Positions 43,178 to 51,225 of a stretch of 64,000 nt of DNA are shown here, piece by piece (position 1 is the stretch's first letter; each line of letters opens with the position of its first letter). The stretch is taken from positions 14,918-78,917 of the forward strand of contig CAJTKG010000010.1 in assembly GCA_910576935.1 (NCBI GenBank), in the 5' to 3' direction. Origin of the DNA: an uncultured Muribaculaceae bacterium. Its GTDB lineage: Bacteria > Bacteroidota > Bacteroidia > Bacteroidales > Muribaculaceae. A program made the translations under genes and the position numbers. Under the pieces are notes generated by a model. It did not search any database and was not told where the DNA came from. It was given only the letters and a program-made list of their open reading frames with translations.

Positions 43178-43282
43178 TTATGCAAAATCATAAAATATGC
43201 AAATGAACACGACGTATAGAAATAAATAAGCGCCTGTTCTTTTAAGGATTTTTATTAGCCGCGTAGTTTTGTCATGCGACAT
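43178..43282 (-). pseudogene. Remnant third copy of the island membrane-protein (immunity-like) gene
   Basis: Manual translation gives MSHDKTTRLIKILKRTGAYLFLYVVFICIFYDFA-stop. It matches the first roughly 30 aa of the two upstream paralogues (MPQDKTTRLIKILKRTGAYLFLYVGFIYIFY). Confidence 0.7.
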
Positions 43283-43336
43283 AATCAGTTTGATTTCTGG
43301 ATGTAATTGCCGGTAGGATTCCAATCAATGATAGAC

Positions 43337-43669
43337 TTAAAAGCAACCTGAATAATTTCCGTGAAAGCGATTCTCTATAACTGTATAACATAATGAGAGT
43401 ACGCAAAGCGTTACAAGCAAAATCGATTCAAAGACCACTATCGTTTTTAAGCCTATTGTTTTTTTTATCAACAGATGATTTACCAATGAGTACAATAATA
43501 TTAGGACTAAAGACTTAAGTAGTACCAACATCAGTCCGATTGGTTTGGGACAAAGCCACGCATCATAAGCGTAGTCATAAAATATGTATATGAACCCGAC
43601 GTATAGAAATAAATATGCGCCTGTCCTTTTAAGAATTTTTATCAGCCGAGTAGTTTTGTCCTGTGGCAT
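43337..43669 (-). CDS. Small membrane protein, truncated paralogue of 43672-44094 (immunity-like)
   Basis: 110 aa, near-identical to the neighbour over about 105 aa. A roughly 40-nt deletion relative to the neighbour shifts the frame and removes the last TM helix. Confidence 0.6.
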   Translation of the reverse strand: MPQDKTTRLIKILKRTGAYLFLYVGFIYIFYDYAYDAWLCPKPIGLMLVLLKSLVLILLYSLVNHLLIKKTIGLKTIVVFESILLVTLCVLSLCYTVIENRFHGNYSGCF

Positions 43670-43671
43670 AA

Positions 43672-44094
43672 TCAGTTTGATTTTTTGTATGTAATTGCCA
43701 ATAGTATTCCACTAAATAATAGACTTAAAAGCAGAATCCTATAATCTGTTTTGATATAACGTATTATAAGATCTGAAAAATTTCCGTGAGAGCGATTTTC
43801 TATCGCTGCGTAACATGTCATGAGGACATAAAATATTACAAGCAAAATTGATTCAAAGATCACTACCGTTTTTAAGCCTACTGTTTTTTTTATCAACAGA
43901 TGATTCACCAATGAGTACAATAACAATAGGCCTAAAGACCTAAGTAACGCCATCATCAGTCCGATTGGTTTGGCATAAAGCCATGCACGATAAGCGTAAT
44001 AATAAAATATGTATATGAACCCGACGTATAGAAATAAATATGCGCCTGTTCTTTTAAGAATTTTTATCAGCCGGGTAGTTTTGTCCTGTGGCAT
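43672..44094 (-). CDS. Small 4-TM membrane protein, putative immunity protein for the upstream toxin
   Basis: 140 aa with four hydrophobic helices. It starts 2 nt after the toxin stop. No family was recognised, so the assignment rests on position. Confidence 0.5.
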   Translation of the reverse strand: MPQDKTTRLIKILKRTGAYLFLYVGFIYIFYYYAYRAWLYAKPIGLMMALLRSLGLLLLYSLVNHLLIKKTVGLKTVVIFESILLVIFYVLMTCYAAIENRSHGNFSDLIIRYIKTDYRILLLSLLFSGILLAITYKKSN

Positions 44095-44096
44095 AA

Positions 44097-44801
44097 TCAG
44101 TTTGATTTCTGGATGTAATTACCGGTAGGATTCCACTCAATAATAGACTTAAAAGCAGAGCTGGGTACAATGTCTATGTCGCATTTCATCTTATATCCGT
44201 TGAATACATCAATAAGGCCAAACGGTGTCGACATCGGGATTACAGAGGGGACCATTTTAGGCTCGGAAACAGGAATCCCCGCATCGATCATTACCTTTTG
44301 TACCGCTTGAGCACAATTGTTAAAGATTAAATTATATTCTGTTTCTGCAATCTTGGTAAAACTGTTCCTCATTATCGCATCTTGCTCCGGGGTCGTCGAA
44401 ATCTGAAATCCTTCTGAAAAATCGAAATTATTCATAGTCTTATCTTCTTTACTACCACTATTTTTTACGTTATATGAAGAATCTAAAAATTCCTGCGGAG
44501 AATCCCAAGAACCTACTGCAACATCGTTGAACGGACGGCCGCCTGAATGACCTTTTGTTATAGGGTTTATAACATTGTTACCATTAATCGAATAATATTG
44601 CCATTTCTCATTCTCATTCTGTATCAACATCGCCAAATGTTCACCTTCTGTATAATTCAATACGACTATATCATTCCCTGTCGGGTCTACATAGTTCACC
44701 GGATTTCCAGAGCAATAAGAGAATGGCGAAAGATGAGAATAGGCATGACCGCTAAATGGATAAAGCAGTACAAACAATAGCATGAGGTTTAGATATTTCA
44801 T
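44097..44801 (-). CDS. Orphan polymorphic-toxin C-terminal module (Rhs/YD core-tip motif + putative His-Cys papain-fold domain)
   Basis: 234 aa. Residues about 25-43, SPFSYCSGNPVNYVDPTGN, match the conserved end of Rhs/YD-repeat cores (SPYxYCxNNPVxxxDPxG) that precedes variable toxin tips. Downstream, EGEHLAMLIQ and YNLIFNNCAQAV resemble the His...NC dyad of PPPDE/LRAT-like peptidase folds. An ATGA overlap couples it to the upstream gene. Confidence 0.55.
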   Translation of the reverse strand: MKYLNLMLLFVLLYPFSGHAYSHLSPFSYCSGNPVNYVDPTGNDIVVLNYTEGEHLAMLIQNENEKWQYYSINGNNVINPITKGHSGGRPFNDVAVGSWDSPQEFLDSSYNVKNSGSKEDKTMNNFDFSEGFQISTTPEQDAIMRNSFTKIAETEYNLIFNNCAQAVQKVMIDAGIPVSEPKMVPSVIPMSTPFGLIDVFNGYKMKCDIDIVPSSAFKSIIEWNPTGNYIQKSN

Positions 44802-45832
44802 TTCGGCAGTAATTTTTCTTGTGTATATTTTTTAGCTTCTATAAATTGGCGTTCTCTACGCTGTCTGATTTCTTCGGTTTCTTCTGTCATATATGTTTTA
44901 TAAAAGCACCATTCCGTATCATTCATCAAATATATTAAATAAGCGGCATATTCGTCAACTATATTTCCGTTTAATGAAAGATAATCACGGATCATGCGTT
45001 CGAGAGACTTACCTCGAATAATCCATGCATTCGGATTCATCGGATAGAACTCTAAAGACCTGCTTGCGCAGTAGTAAGTAAACTCATCATACCGCTTGAA
45101 TTTTTCGCAATACCCAAATGCCAGTTCTCCCATCTGACAAGCGACTGTCTGAATATCCGTCAAAGGCGTCATGTAAGTTCCGACATAAACAGCTGAATCA
45201 CACACCTCAAAATCTTGTTTGATCCACCACGTCGGTGGCATCTGGTGTGTTGTGAGTTCAAGATTTATCCATTCTTCGGGTATTAGGTTATCCTCATCTT
45301 TATACATTATATAACAATGTCCGGGCGCTTGCGCCAAAGACACATTTGCACCTATTTCTTTGGCAAGTATTTTATACATCCATGGTAGTGAACGACATTG
45401 CCCTTTATGCGTTTTCAATACTATTGATACAAATTGTCGTTCCCAATTTTCCCTGTCGTTTGAGTAACTGTCATAATCATAAGTATACGGTTGATATCCG
45501 TTTCCCGAATAAGGCCTGAAGAAATATTCGTTTAAAGCCATCTGTTTACCCGTTTTGTAAGAACTGAGCTTGTTTTTGCAATAAAACAGATTGAGAAACT
45601 TAACTATCCGATCGATTTCATCGCAAAAATCTGTCTTATAATCCAATTTCCCTTCATAATAAGCCCATTCGGCAAGAAAGACGGCTCTTTTTATCGACAA
45701 CGTGTCTCGTCCGGCAAGCATATCTGACATTTCATTGAATGCCGCCACATAATAAGATTCAATCCTCTTTGCTTGCGCTGTAGCTGAAAGCTGTAACAAA
45801 GGTAATAGAAGATATATACATAATTTCTTCAT
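44798..45832 (-). CDS. Secreted transglutaminase-like (Transglut_core2-like) protein
   Basis: The ATG at 45832 (MKKLCIYLLLPLLQLSATAQA) gives a signal peptide. KGQCRSLPWMYKILAKEIGANVSLAQAPGHCYIMYKDED resembles the Cys/His core of transglutaminase-like cysteine proteinase folds. Confidence 0.45.
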   Translation of the reverse strand: MKKLCIYLLLPLLQLSATAQAKRIESYYVAAFNEMSDMLAGRDTLSIKRAVFLAEWAYYEGKLDYKTDFCDEIDRIVKFLNLFYCKNKLSSYKTGKQMALNEYFFRPYSGNGYQPYTYDYDSYSNDRENWERQFVSIVLKTHKGQCRSLPWMYKILAKEIGANVSLAQAPGHCYIMYKDEDNLIPEEWINLELTTHQMPPTWWIKQDFEVCDSAVYVGTYMTPLTDIQTVACQMGELAFGYCEKFKRYDEFTYYCASRSLEFYPMNPNAWIIRGKSLERMIRDYLSLNGNIVDEYAAYLIYLMNDTEWCFYKTYMTEETEEIRQRRERQFIEAKKYTQEKLLPK

Positions 45833-45837
45833 ACTCA

Positions 45838-45845
45838 CAAATGTA
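45838..45845 (-). promoter_or_regulatory. -7 box (TACATTTG) abutting the first island gene
   Basis: caaatgta on the plus strand ends 5 nt from the ATG at 45832, a leaderless-like arrangement. Confidence 0.3.
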
Positions 45846-45921
45846 ATACCATCTTTATTGATCTACAACTAAAATGATGTGTTATACAACATGATTTTAT
45901 TGTATTTCGTGTAAAATGAAC

Positions 45922-45940
45922 CGACTTATTCGTATCTTTG
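45922..45940 (+). repeat. Inverted copy of the 19-nt repeat (cgacttattcgTATCTTTG) = probable promoter of the CDF gene
   Basis: Perfect 19-nt reverse complement of 43112-43130. It contains TAnnTTTG 46 nt upstream of the ATG at 45987. Confidence 0.7.
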
Positions 45941-45986
45941 AGGGATTCTTAACAACAGCTCGATAAAGGGCGGCTCAATCTTGGCA

Positions 45987-46889
45987 ATGAACGAACGCGA
46001 AAAGAAAATATACCGTGTGACCGTCATCGGCTCACTCGTAAACATAGCGCTGACAATCCTCAAATTTATCGCCGGAGCGATCGGACGCAGCGCCGCAATG
46101 ACAGCCGATGCCGTCCATTCGCTCTCTGACCTCGTCACCGACGTCATCGTCATCGTCTTTGTCGGCATAGCCGGAAAGCCGGACGACCGCGACCACGGTT
46201 ACGGCCACGGCAAATTCGAGACTCTGGCGACTCTGATCGTCGGTGTGATACTGCTATCTGTCGGCATCGGCATAGCCTACAGCGGCATAAAAGCCATCAT
46301 TGCCTCGCTCAACGGCCACATACCCGAGCCGCCCGGGATGATCGCCCTCATTGTCGCCATTGTATCCATAATAGCAAAAGAGTGGGTCTACCGCTACACC
46401 GTCAGCCGAGGACGCAACCTCGACTCAACCGCCGTCATCGCCAACGCATGGCATCACCGCAGCGACGCCCTCTCGTCGCTGGGCACACTCGCCGGCATCG
46501 CCGGAGCTATGTTTTTGGGCGAAAACTGGCGCATCCTCGACCCCATTGCAGCCGTCATTGTCAGCCTGTTCATCATCAAGACAAGCTACGACATAATACG
46601 CCCGTCAATCGACGAGCTACTCGAGAAATCGCTTCCCGACGAGACCATCGCCGAGATTTCACAATTGATAGAGTCCGTGCCGGGCGTTGTCGGCGTTCAT
46701 AAACTGCGCACACGCCGCATCGGCAACAACATCGCCATCGAGGTCCACACCGAGATGGACGGCGACTTAAGCCTGCGAGAGGCACACGGCATTGCAACAG
46801 AGGTCGAGCACCGACTCAGACAACGCTACGGCACCGGCACCCACATCGGCATCCACATGGAGCCGGCCCGAAGCGTCACCTGCGGATGA
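45987..46889 (+). CDS. Cation diffusion facilitator (CDF) family divalent-metal efflux transporter
   Basis: HSLSDLVTD in TM2, DRDHGYGHGKFE, HHRSDALSS in TM5 and a C-terminal cytoplasmic domain. The track start is a TTG at 45981, and the ATG at 45987 is preferred. Confidence 0.88.
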   Translation: MNEREKKIYRVTVIGSLVNIALTILKFIAGAIGRSAAMTADAVHSLSDLVTDVIVIVFVGIAGKPDDRDHGYGHGKFETLATLIVGVILLSVGIGIAYSGIKAIIASLNGHIPEPPGMIALIVAIVSIIAKEWVYRYTVSRGRNLDSTAVIANAWHHRSDALSSLGTLAGIAGAMFLGENWRILDPIAAVIVSLFIIKTSYDIIRPSIDELLEKSLPDETIAEISQLIESVPGVVGVHKLRTRRIGNNIAIEVHTEMDGDLSLREAHGIATEVEHRLRQRYGTGTHIGIHMEPARSVTCG

Positions 46890-46894
46890 AACTG

Positions 46895-47071
46895 TCAGCC
46901 GCCGGGCTTGCGCGATGATTTAGTGCGACGGTGACGACGGATCGAGTCGGCGATAATCCATTGTATCTGACCGTTTACCGAGCGGAATTCATCGGCCACC
47001 CATTTCTCGATCTCTGCCATCATCTCGGGGTCAAGTCGCAACAGAAATCCTTTGTTTGCCTGACGTGGCAT
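46895..47071 (-). CDS. Arc/MetJ-type ribbon-helix-helix DNA-binding protein
   Basis: MPRQANKGFLLRLDPEMMAEIEKWVADEFRSVNGQIQWIIADSIRR, a typical Arc-like beta-strand plus two helices. It starts 5 nt after the SPFH gene stop. Confidence 0.7.
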   Translation of the reverse strand: MPRQANKGFLLRLDPEMMAEIEKWVADEFRSVNGQIQWIIADSIRRHRRTKSSRKPGG

Positions 47072-47076
47072 AGCGC

Positions 47077-48069
47077 TTATTGATATAGCGAGCCCGTGTT
47101 CAGTACCGGCTGAGCAGGCTCGTCGGCACAAAGCACTACAAGAAGATTGCTGACCATCGCAGCCTTGCGTTCGTCGTCGAGTTCCACGACCCCCTCGCTG
47201 TCAAGTTGATCGAGCGCCATCTTCACCATTGACACAGCTCCCTCGACAATCTTCTCACGGGCTGCGATAATGGCCGATGCCTGCTGACGTCTCAACATAA
47301 CTGCGGCGATCTCCGGAGCATAGGCCAGATAGTTGATGCGGGCTTCGACCACCTCTATGCCCGCCATGGCGAGACGCTCGTTGAGCTTGGCCTCGAGCTG
47401 TTCGTTGATTTCGTGTCCGTCACTGCGCAGCGTGATACTGTCGCCGTTACCCGTCTCCTCGTCATAGGCATAACGTCCAGTGACCTCACGAAGGGCCGCA
47501 TCGCTCTGTATACCCACAAAACCATCGAGAGCCTTGGCTACAGAATCACCTACTGAAGCGGCAACTCCTTTGTTCTCCGATGCGACAACAGACACCGACG
47601 GCACATCGGCAGCATCTATATCAAAGACAGCGCGATAAGTATCCTTGACCTTCCAGACAAGCACCATGCCTATCATCACCGGATTGCCTATCTTGTCGTT
47701 GACCTTGATGGGCGAGATATCCATATTGCGTATTCGCAGCGACACTTTCTTCTTGGTCATGAACGGATTGACCCAAAAATAACCCGTCTTGCGGAACGTA
47801 CCCCGGTATTGACCGAAAAAGATCATCACTCGCGCCTGATTGGGCTGTAAAACAAAGAAACCGCACATCAATATTATTTCCGCCACCAAAGTGACAAAAG
47901 CCACGGCGACTATCGTGCCTACGAGAGCGTCGGCACTGCCGAATTTAGGGGCTGCAAGCAGCAAAGCCACAACCACAGCCGGTATTAACAAAAGTGTCAC
48001 TGCCAGCATCGCAAAACCGTTCAAGACACGACCGTTATAGACGGTCTCTTTATTTTCATACATAATCAT
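47077..48069 (-). CDS. SPFH/band-7 domain membrane protein
   Basis: 330 aa with N-terminal TM helices followed by a stomatin/prohibitin-like domain (VSLRIRNMDISPIKVNDKIGNPVMIGMVLVWKV). Confidence 0.8.
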   Translation of the reverse strand: MIMYENKETVYNGRVLNGFAMLAVTLLLIPAVVVALLLAAPKFGSADALVGTIVAVAFVTLVAEIILMCGFFVLQPNQARVMIFFGQYRGTFRKTGYFWVNPFMTKKKVSLRIRNMDISPIKVNDKIGNPVMIGMVLVWKVKDTYRAVFDIDAADVPSVSVVASENKGVAASVGDSVAKALDGFVGIQSDAALREVTGRYAYDEETGNGDSITLRSDGHEINEQLEAKLNERLAMAGIEVVEARINYLAYAPEIAAVMLRRQQASAIIAAREKIVEGAVSMVKMALDQLDSEGVVELDDERKAAMVSNLLVVLCADEPAQPVLNTGSLYQ

Positions 48070-48098
48070 TATGATATTAAATTGATATTACTATACCG

Positions 48099-48106
48099 CA
48101 AAATTA
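48099..48106 (-). promoter_or_regulatory. -7 box (TAATTTTG) upstream of SPFH gene
   Basis: caaaatta on the plus strand, 30 nt upstream of the ATG at 48069. Confidence 0.3.
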
Positions 48107-48139
48107 GACTATCCTGCCGATAATTGCAAATTTTTTTGC

Positions 48140-48147
48140 TATCTTTG
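48140..48147 (+). promoter_or_regulatory. -7 box (TATCTTTG) upstream of the nine-gene plus-strand operon
   Basis: TAnnTTTG match 66 nt upstream of the ATG at 48214. I saw no other box between 48214 and 61477. Confidence 0.35.
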
Positions 48148-48213
48148 CTGAATATAGGACAAAACACCACAGATATGCAGCTGATATTCGGCTATCAACC
48201 TAACTAAAATCAA

Positions 48214-49137
48214 ATGACAGTAAAATCACTGAAACTATCAAATAAAGCTACCGTTGCCGCCGTCATAGCGACCACACTCGCTCTCGGCGCCTGCAACAAG
48301 GATGAGGTCATAGACGACAGCGGAGAAGCCATGCCGGGAATCGTGCGCGTTGAAGTCATAGACTACTCACCCGCCCCCGGTCAGTTTATAAACATCGTTC
48401 CAAAGTATACCGCCGGTGACGACGTTTCCACTATCAACCGCAAAGCCACTGAAGCTCTGAACAGAGGCGACTACATATCACTCGGCGCCTGGGGCGGAAG
48501 CATAACCCTCAGACTCGACAGATATATCCGCAACATCGCCGGACGTGCCGACTTCGCTGTCCTCGGAAACGCATATTACACCCCTGACGCCTCTGACGGG
48601 CGTCAATGCGGCAGTTCCGAGCCCGGCATCATTCTTGTCATGGAAGACCGCAACGGCAACGGCATCCCTGACGACGGATGGTATGAGATACCCGGCTCTG
48701 AACATACCCGGGCCGGCGATACAGACTACACTGTAACATATAACATCCTCGGGCCGCGCCACATAACATGGACCGACAATCTCGGAGCCTCGGGCACGCT
48801 TTATGACGGCTCTGACTACCACGAGCAACCTTTCGTGCCGCAATGGCTCAACGCAGGCAACGCCATGACATTCACCGGCAGACGTCTGCCCGACAACGGC
48901 TTCTATGACCCTGAGTCCAAACAATACAAGCAATATGTCTATGACGGCTATGCCGACTGCCGCCCCAACAACGACGCCGCCCGCGGCATCGACATCGGCA
49001 GCGCCGTCGACGCCGACGGACACTCGGCCAATCTGTCGCGCATCGATTTTGTCAGAATATATACCGCCGTTCTTCAGGTCAACGGCCCTATGGGCGAATG
49101 CTCGACCGAAGTCGCCGGCATTGAAGCCCTTCATTAA
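48214..49137 (+). CDS. Hypothetical lipoprotein
   Basis: 307 aa with a lipobox (TLALGAC NKDE). The protein is beta-rich, and I did not recognise a family. Confidence 0.55.
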   Translation: MTVKSLKLSNKATVAAVIATTLALGACNKDEVIDDSGEAMPGIVRVEVIDYSPAPGQFINIVPKYTAGDDVSTINRKATEALNRGDYISLGAWGGSITLRLDRYIRNIAGRADFAVLGNAYYTPDASDGRQCGSSEPGIILVMEDRNGNGIPDDGWYEIPGSEHTRAGDTDYTVTYNILGPRHITWTDNLGASGTLYDGSDYHEQPFVPQWLNAGNAMTFTGRRLPDNGFYDPESKQYKQYVYDGYADCRPNNDAARGIDIGSAVDADGHSANLSRIDFVRIYTAVLQVNGPMGECSTEVAGIEALH

Positions 49138-49140
49138 CCG

Positions 49141-50079
49141 ATGGATTTGTCAGCCTTACTTTTAGCGGCATTGCCCGCATTCTTCACTGACGCAGGCGTC
49201 AGCGTCGACGACCTCGGTTATGTCGTTGAAAACGACGACCCCACGCGCGAGACGGTCACAGACTGCCGCACACTGTTGCGCGACGACATCATACGCACCG
49301 ACATCACCGACGAAATAATTGACGCCGGTGCGGTCGCCGTCGAACGCGTGATGCCGGTCGCCGACAACTGTTGGCTCGCATCGTTCAGAATTGAATATGA
49401 CGAAACACCTGCATGGTATTTCATCGTCACATACGGCAATGACGGGTCCGTCGCCGATGCCCTTTATGCCGGTCGATGCGACGACCGTTCCTTTCTGTCG
49501 CCCATAGCTTTCGCCGACAGCGAAGGTAACAGCATCGATCTTTATATCGAATACAACTCCATCATACCCGCTATCGAGACCACTCCCGAAGGACATCCGG
49601 CGATGACGATCTTCAACAAAACCGTCTTCCGTGACCCGGTAACCGACGAAGGCTTCCGGGCCGGCGACGACGAAATCACCGTTGCCATCGACATAGACGG
49701 CACGATGACACTCACAGGCATCCGCCCCGGCTCTGACGAACTCGAAGCCCTGACGGCGCGCTATAGCTCGGCATATGACAGAGCGTCGCTACTATCGTCG
49801 CTGCGCTCTGAATTGCTCCGTTTCACGCCCTACTCCTCGCGCCCGTCGGCAATCCGACTGCGCAGGATTGCCGAAGATAAAGGAAATGACGCCATGACCG
49901 CCCGTTTCTTCCTGCTCGACCCCGACGGTGTGGCCAAAGCGGCGCTCGCCGACAAAACAATCCTTACGGCACTTGCCCGCGCCGACAATGATATTACCGA
50001 CCGGGCGCTGCAAGCCATTACCGATACAACGCTACGCGATACCATAGCCGACGCATTAAAAAACACACCTTTAAATTAA
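49141..50079 (+). CDS. Hypothetical acidic protein
   Basis: 312 aa. It starts 3 nt after the previous stop and shares the composition of its neighbours. No motifs were recognised. Confidence 0.5.
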   Translation: MDLSALLLAALPAFFTDAGVSVDDLGYVVENDDPTRETVTDCRTLLRDDIIRTDITDEIIDAGAVAVERVMPVADNCWLASFRIEYDETPAWYFIVTYGNDGSVADALYAGRCDDRSFLSPIAFADSEGNSIDLYIEYNSIIPAIETTPEGHPAMTIFNKTVFRDPVTDEGFRAGDDEITVAIDIDGTMTLTGIRPGSDELEALTARYSSAYDRASLLSSLRSELLRFTPYSSRPSAIRLRRIAEDKGNDAMTARFFLLDPDGVAKAALADKTILTALARADNDITDRALQAITDTTLRDTIADALKNTPLN

Positions 50080-50097
50080 TTGCAATCCCTGAAAAAC

Positions 50098-51225
50098 ATG
50101 GACCAACCTTTACGCATCCTACTGATGGGCGACTACAGCAACTGCCATCGCACCCTTGCCACGGGGTTGCGCAGTCTCGGCCACGACGTGACTGTCGTTT
50201 CCGACGGCTCTAAATGGCAGAACACAGCCCGCGACATCGACATAGCACGACGGGGAAAATCACAAGCCGCCGGACTCGAACTGATGCTGCGTCTGCGTTA
50301 CGGCATCATGCCGCGCCTGAAAAACTTCGACATAGTCGCCATCCACAACCCCGGTTTCCTCAACCTCAGACCGACACGCACAAAATACTTCTTCGACCGT
50401 CTTAAAGGCGAGAACCGCTCGATATTCCTGACAGCCATGGGCACCGACTCGGCATATCTCGACCTCTGCTCGGCCGCAGACTCACCGCTGCGATATACCG
50501 AGTGGTTTATCGACGGAAATCCCTCGCCTCTCTACCTGAGTAATCCCGACAAATGGCGTGACTGGCACAACAACGAGATCAGGTCGTTTCATGAATATGT
50601 CTACAATAATATCGACGGCGCTGTCTCAATATTGTATGAATACCACCTGGCGATAACCCGCGCTCTTGGCCCTGACAAATGTGCCTTCGGCGGTCTGCCG
50701 ATTGACCTGTCTGGCATCAGGCCGGTCGCTCTCGCTCCCGACCACGAGGTTGTCAGATTATATCTCGGACGCCATCGTGAACGCTGCATCGAGAAAGGCA
50801 CAGACGTGCTCGAAGCCGCCGCCCGCGACGTCATCGCCCGTCACAAAGGCCGCGTAACCCTGTCTATCATCGAAAATCTGCCTTACGATCAATATATCAA
50901 GACGATATGTGGCCATCACATCTCTCTCGACCAGCTTTACAGCTACTCTCCGGCGACAAATGCTCTGCTGGCTATGGCTTACGGCCTCAACGCTGTCAGC
51001 GGTGCCGAGCCTGAGTTCTACAACTTTATCGGCGAGCCGGCCGGTGGCCCCGTCATCAACGCTCCTGTCGAATACGACCGTCTCGTCGAGACCCTCGACG
51101 CCGTGGTCTCCGACCCGCGCGCCATCGCTCCCCGCGGCCTCCGCTCGCGCATGTTTGTCGAGAAGCACCACGATTGTCGCCTCGTTGCCCGACGCTTTCT
51201 TGATTTCTGGACATCAAAACTATGA
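50098..51225 (+). CDS. Putative GT-B-fold glycosyltransferase
   Basis: The N-terminal Rossmann-like RILLMGDYSNCHRTLATGLRSLGHDVTVVS is typical of GT4-like enzymes. The assignment is tentative. The track start is a TTG at 50080. Confidence 0.45.
   Translation: MDQPLRILLMGDYSNCHRTLATGLRSLGHDVTVVSDGSKWQNTARDIDIARRGKSQAAGLELMLRLRYGIMPRLKNFDIVAIHNPGFLNLRPTRTKYFFDRLKGENRSIFLTAMGTDSAYLDLCSAADSPLRYTEWFIDGNPSPLYLSNPDKWRDWHNNEIRSFHEYVYNNIDGAVSILYEYHLAITRALGPDKCAFGGLPIDLSGIRPVALAPDHEVVRLYLGRHRERCIEKGTDVLEAAARDVIARHKGRVTLSIIENLPYDQYIKTICGHHISLDQLYSYSPATNALLAMAYGLNAVSGAEPEFYNFIGEPAGGPVINAPVEYDRLVETLDAVVSDPRAIAPRGLRSRMFVEKHHDCRLVARRFLDFWTSKL

Larger units (their letters stand above)
43133..45921. other. 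AT-rich accessory island (orphan polymorphic-toxin cassette) inserted in a divergent promoter region
   Basis: Base composition drops markedly by eye relative to both flanks. The island is bracketed by inverted copies of the 19-nt caaagatacgaataagtcg. Gene content is listed in the features below. Confidence 0.65.

Noticed and set aside
43112-45940. 19-bp perfect inverted repeats flanking 2.8 kb, a possible transposon or IS with terminal inverted repeats
   Set aside because: No transposase, integrase or recombinase lies between the repeats. I saw no flanking target-site duplication. The repeat coincides with outward-facing promoter motifs, so a promoter or recombination-scar explanation is preferred. 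It is reported as a finding rather than as a mobile element.
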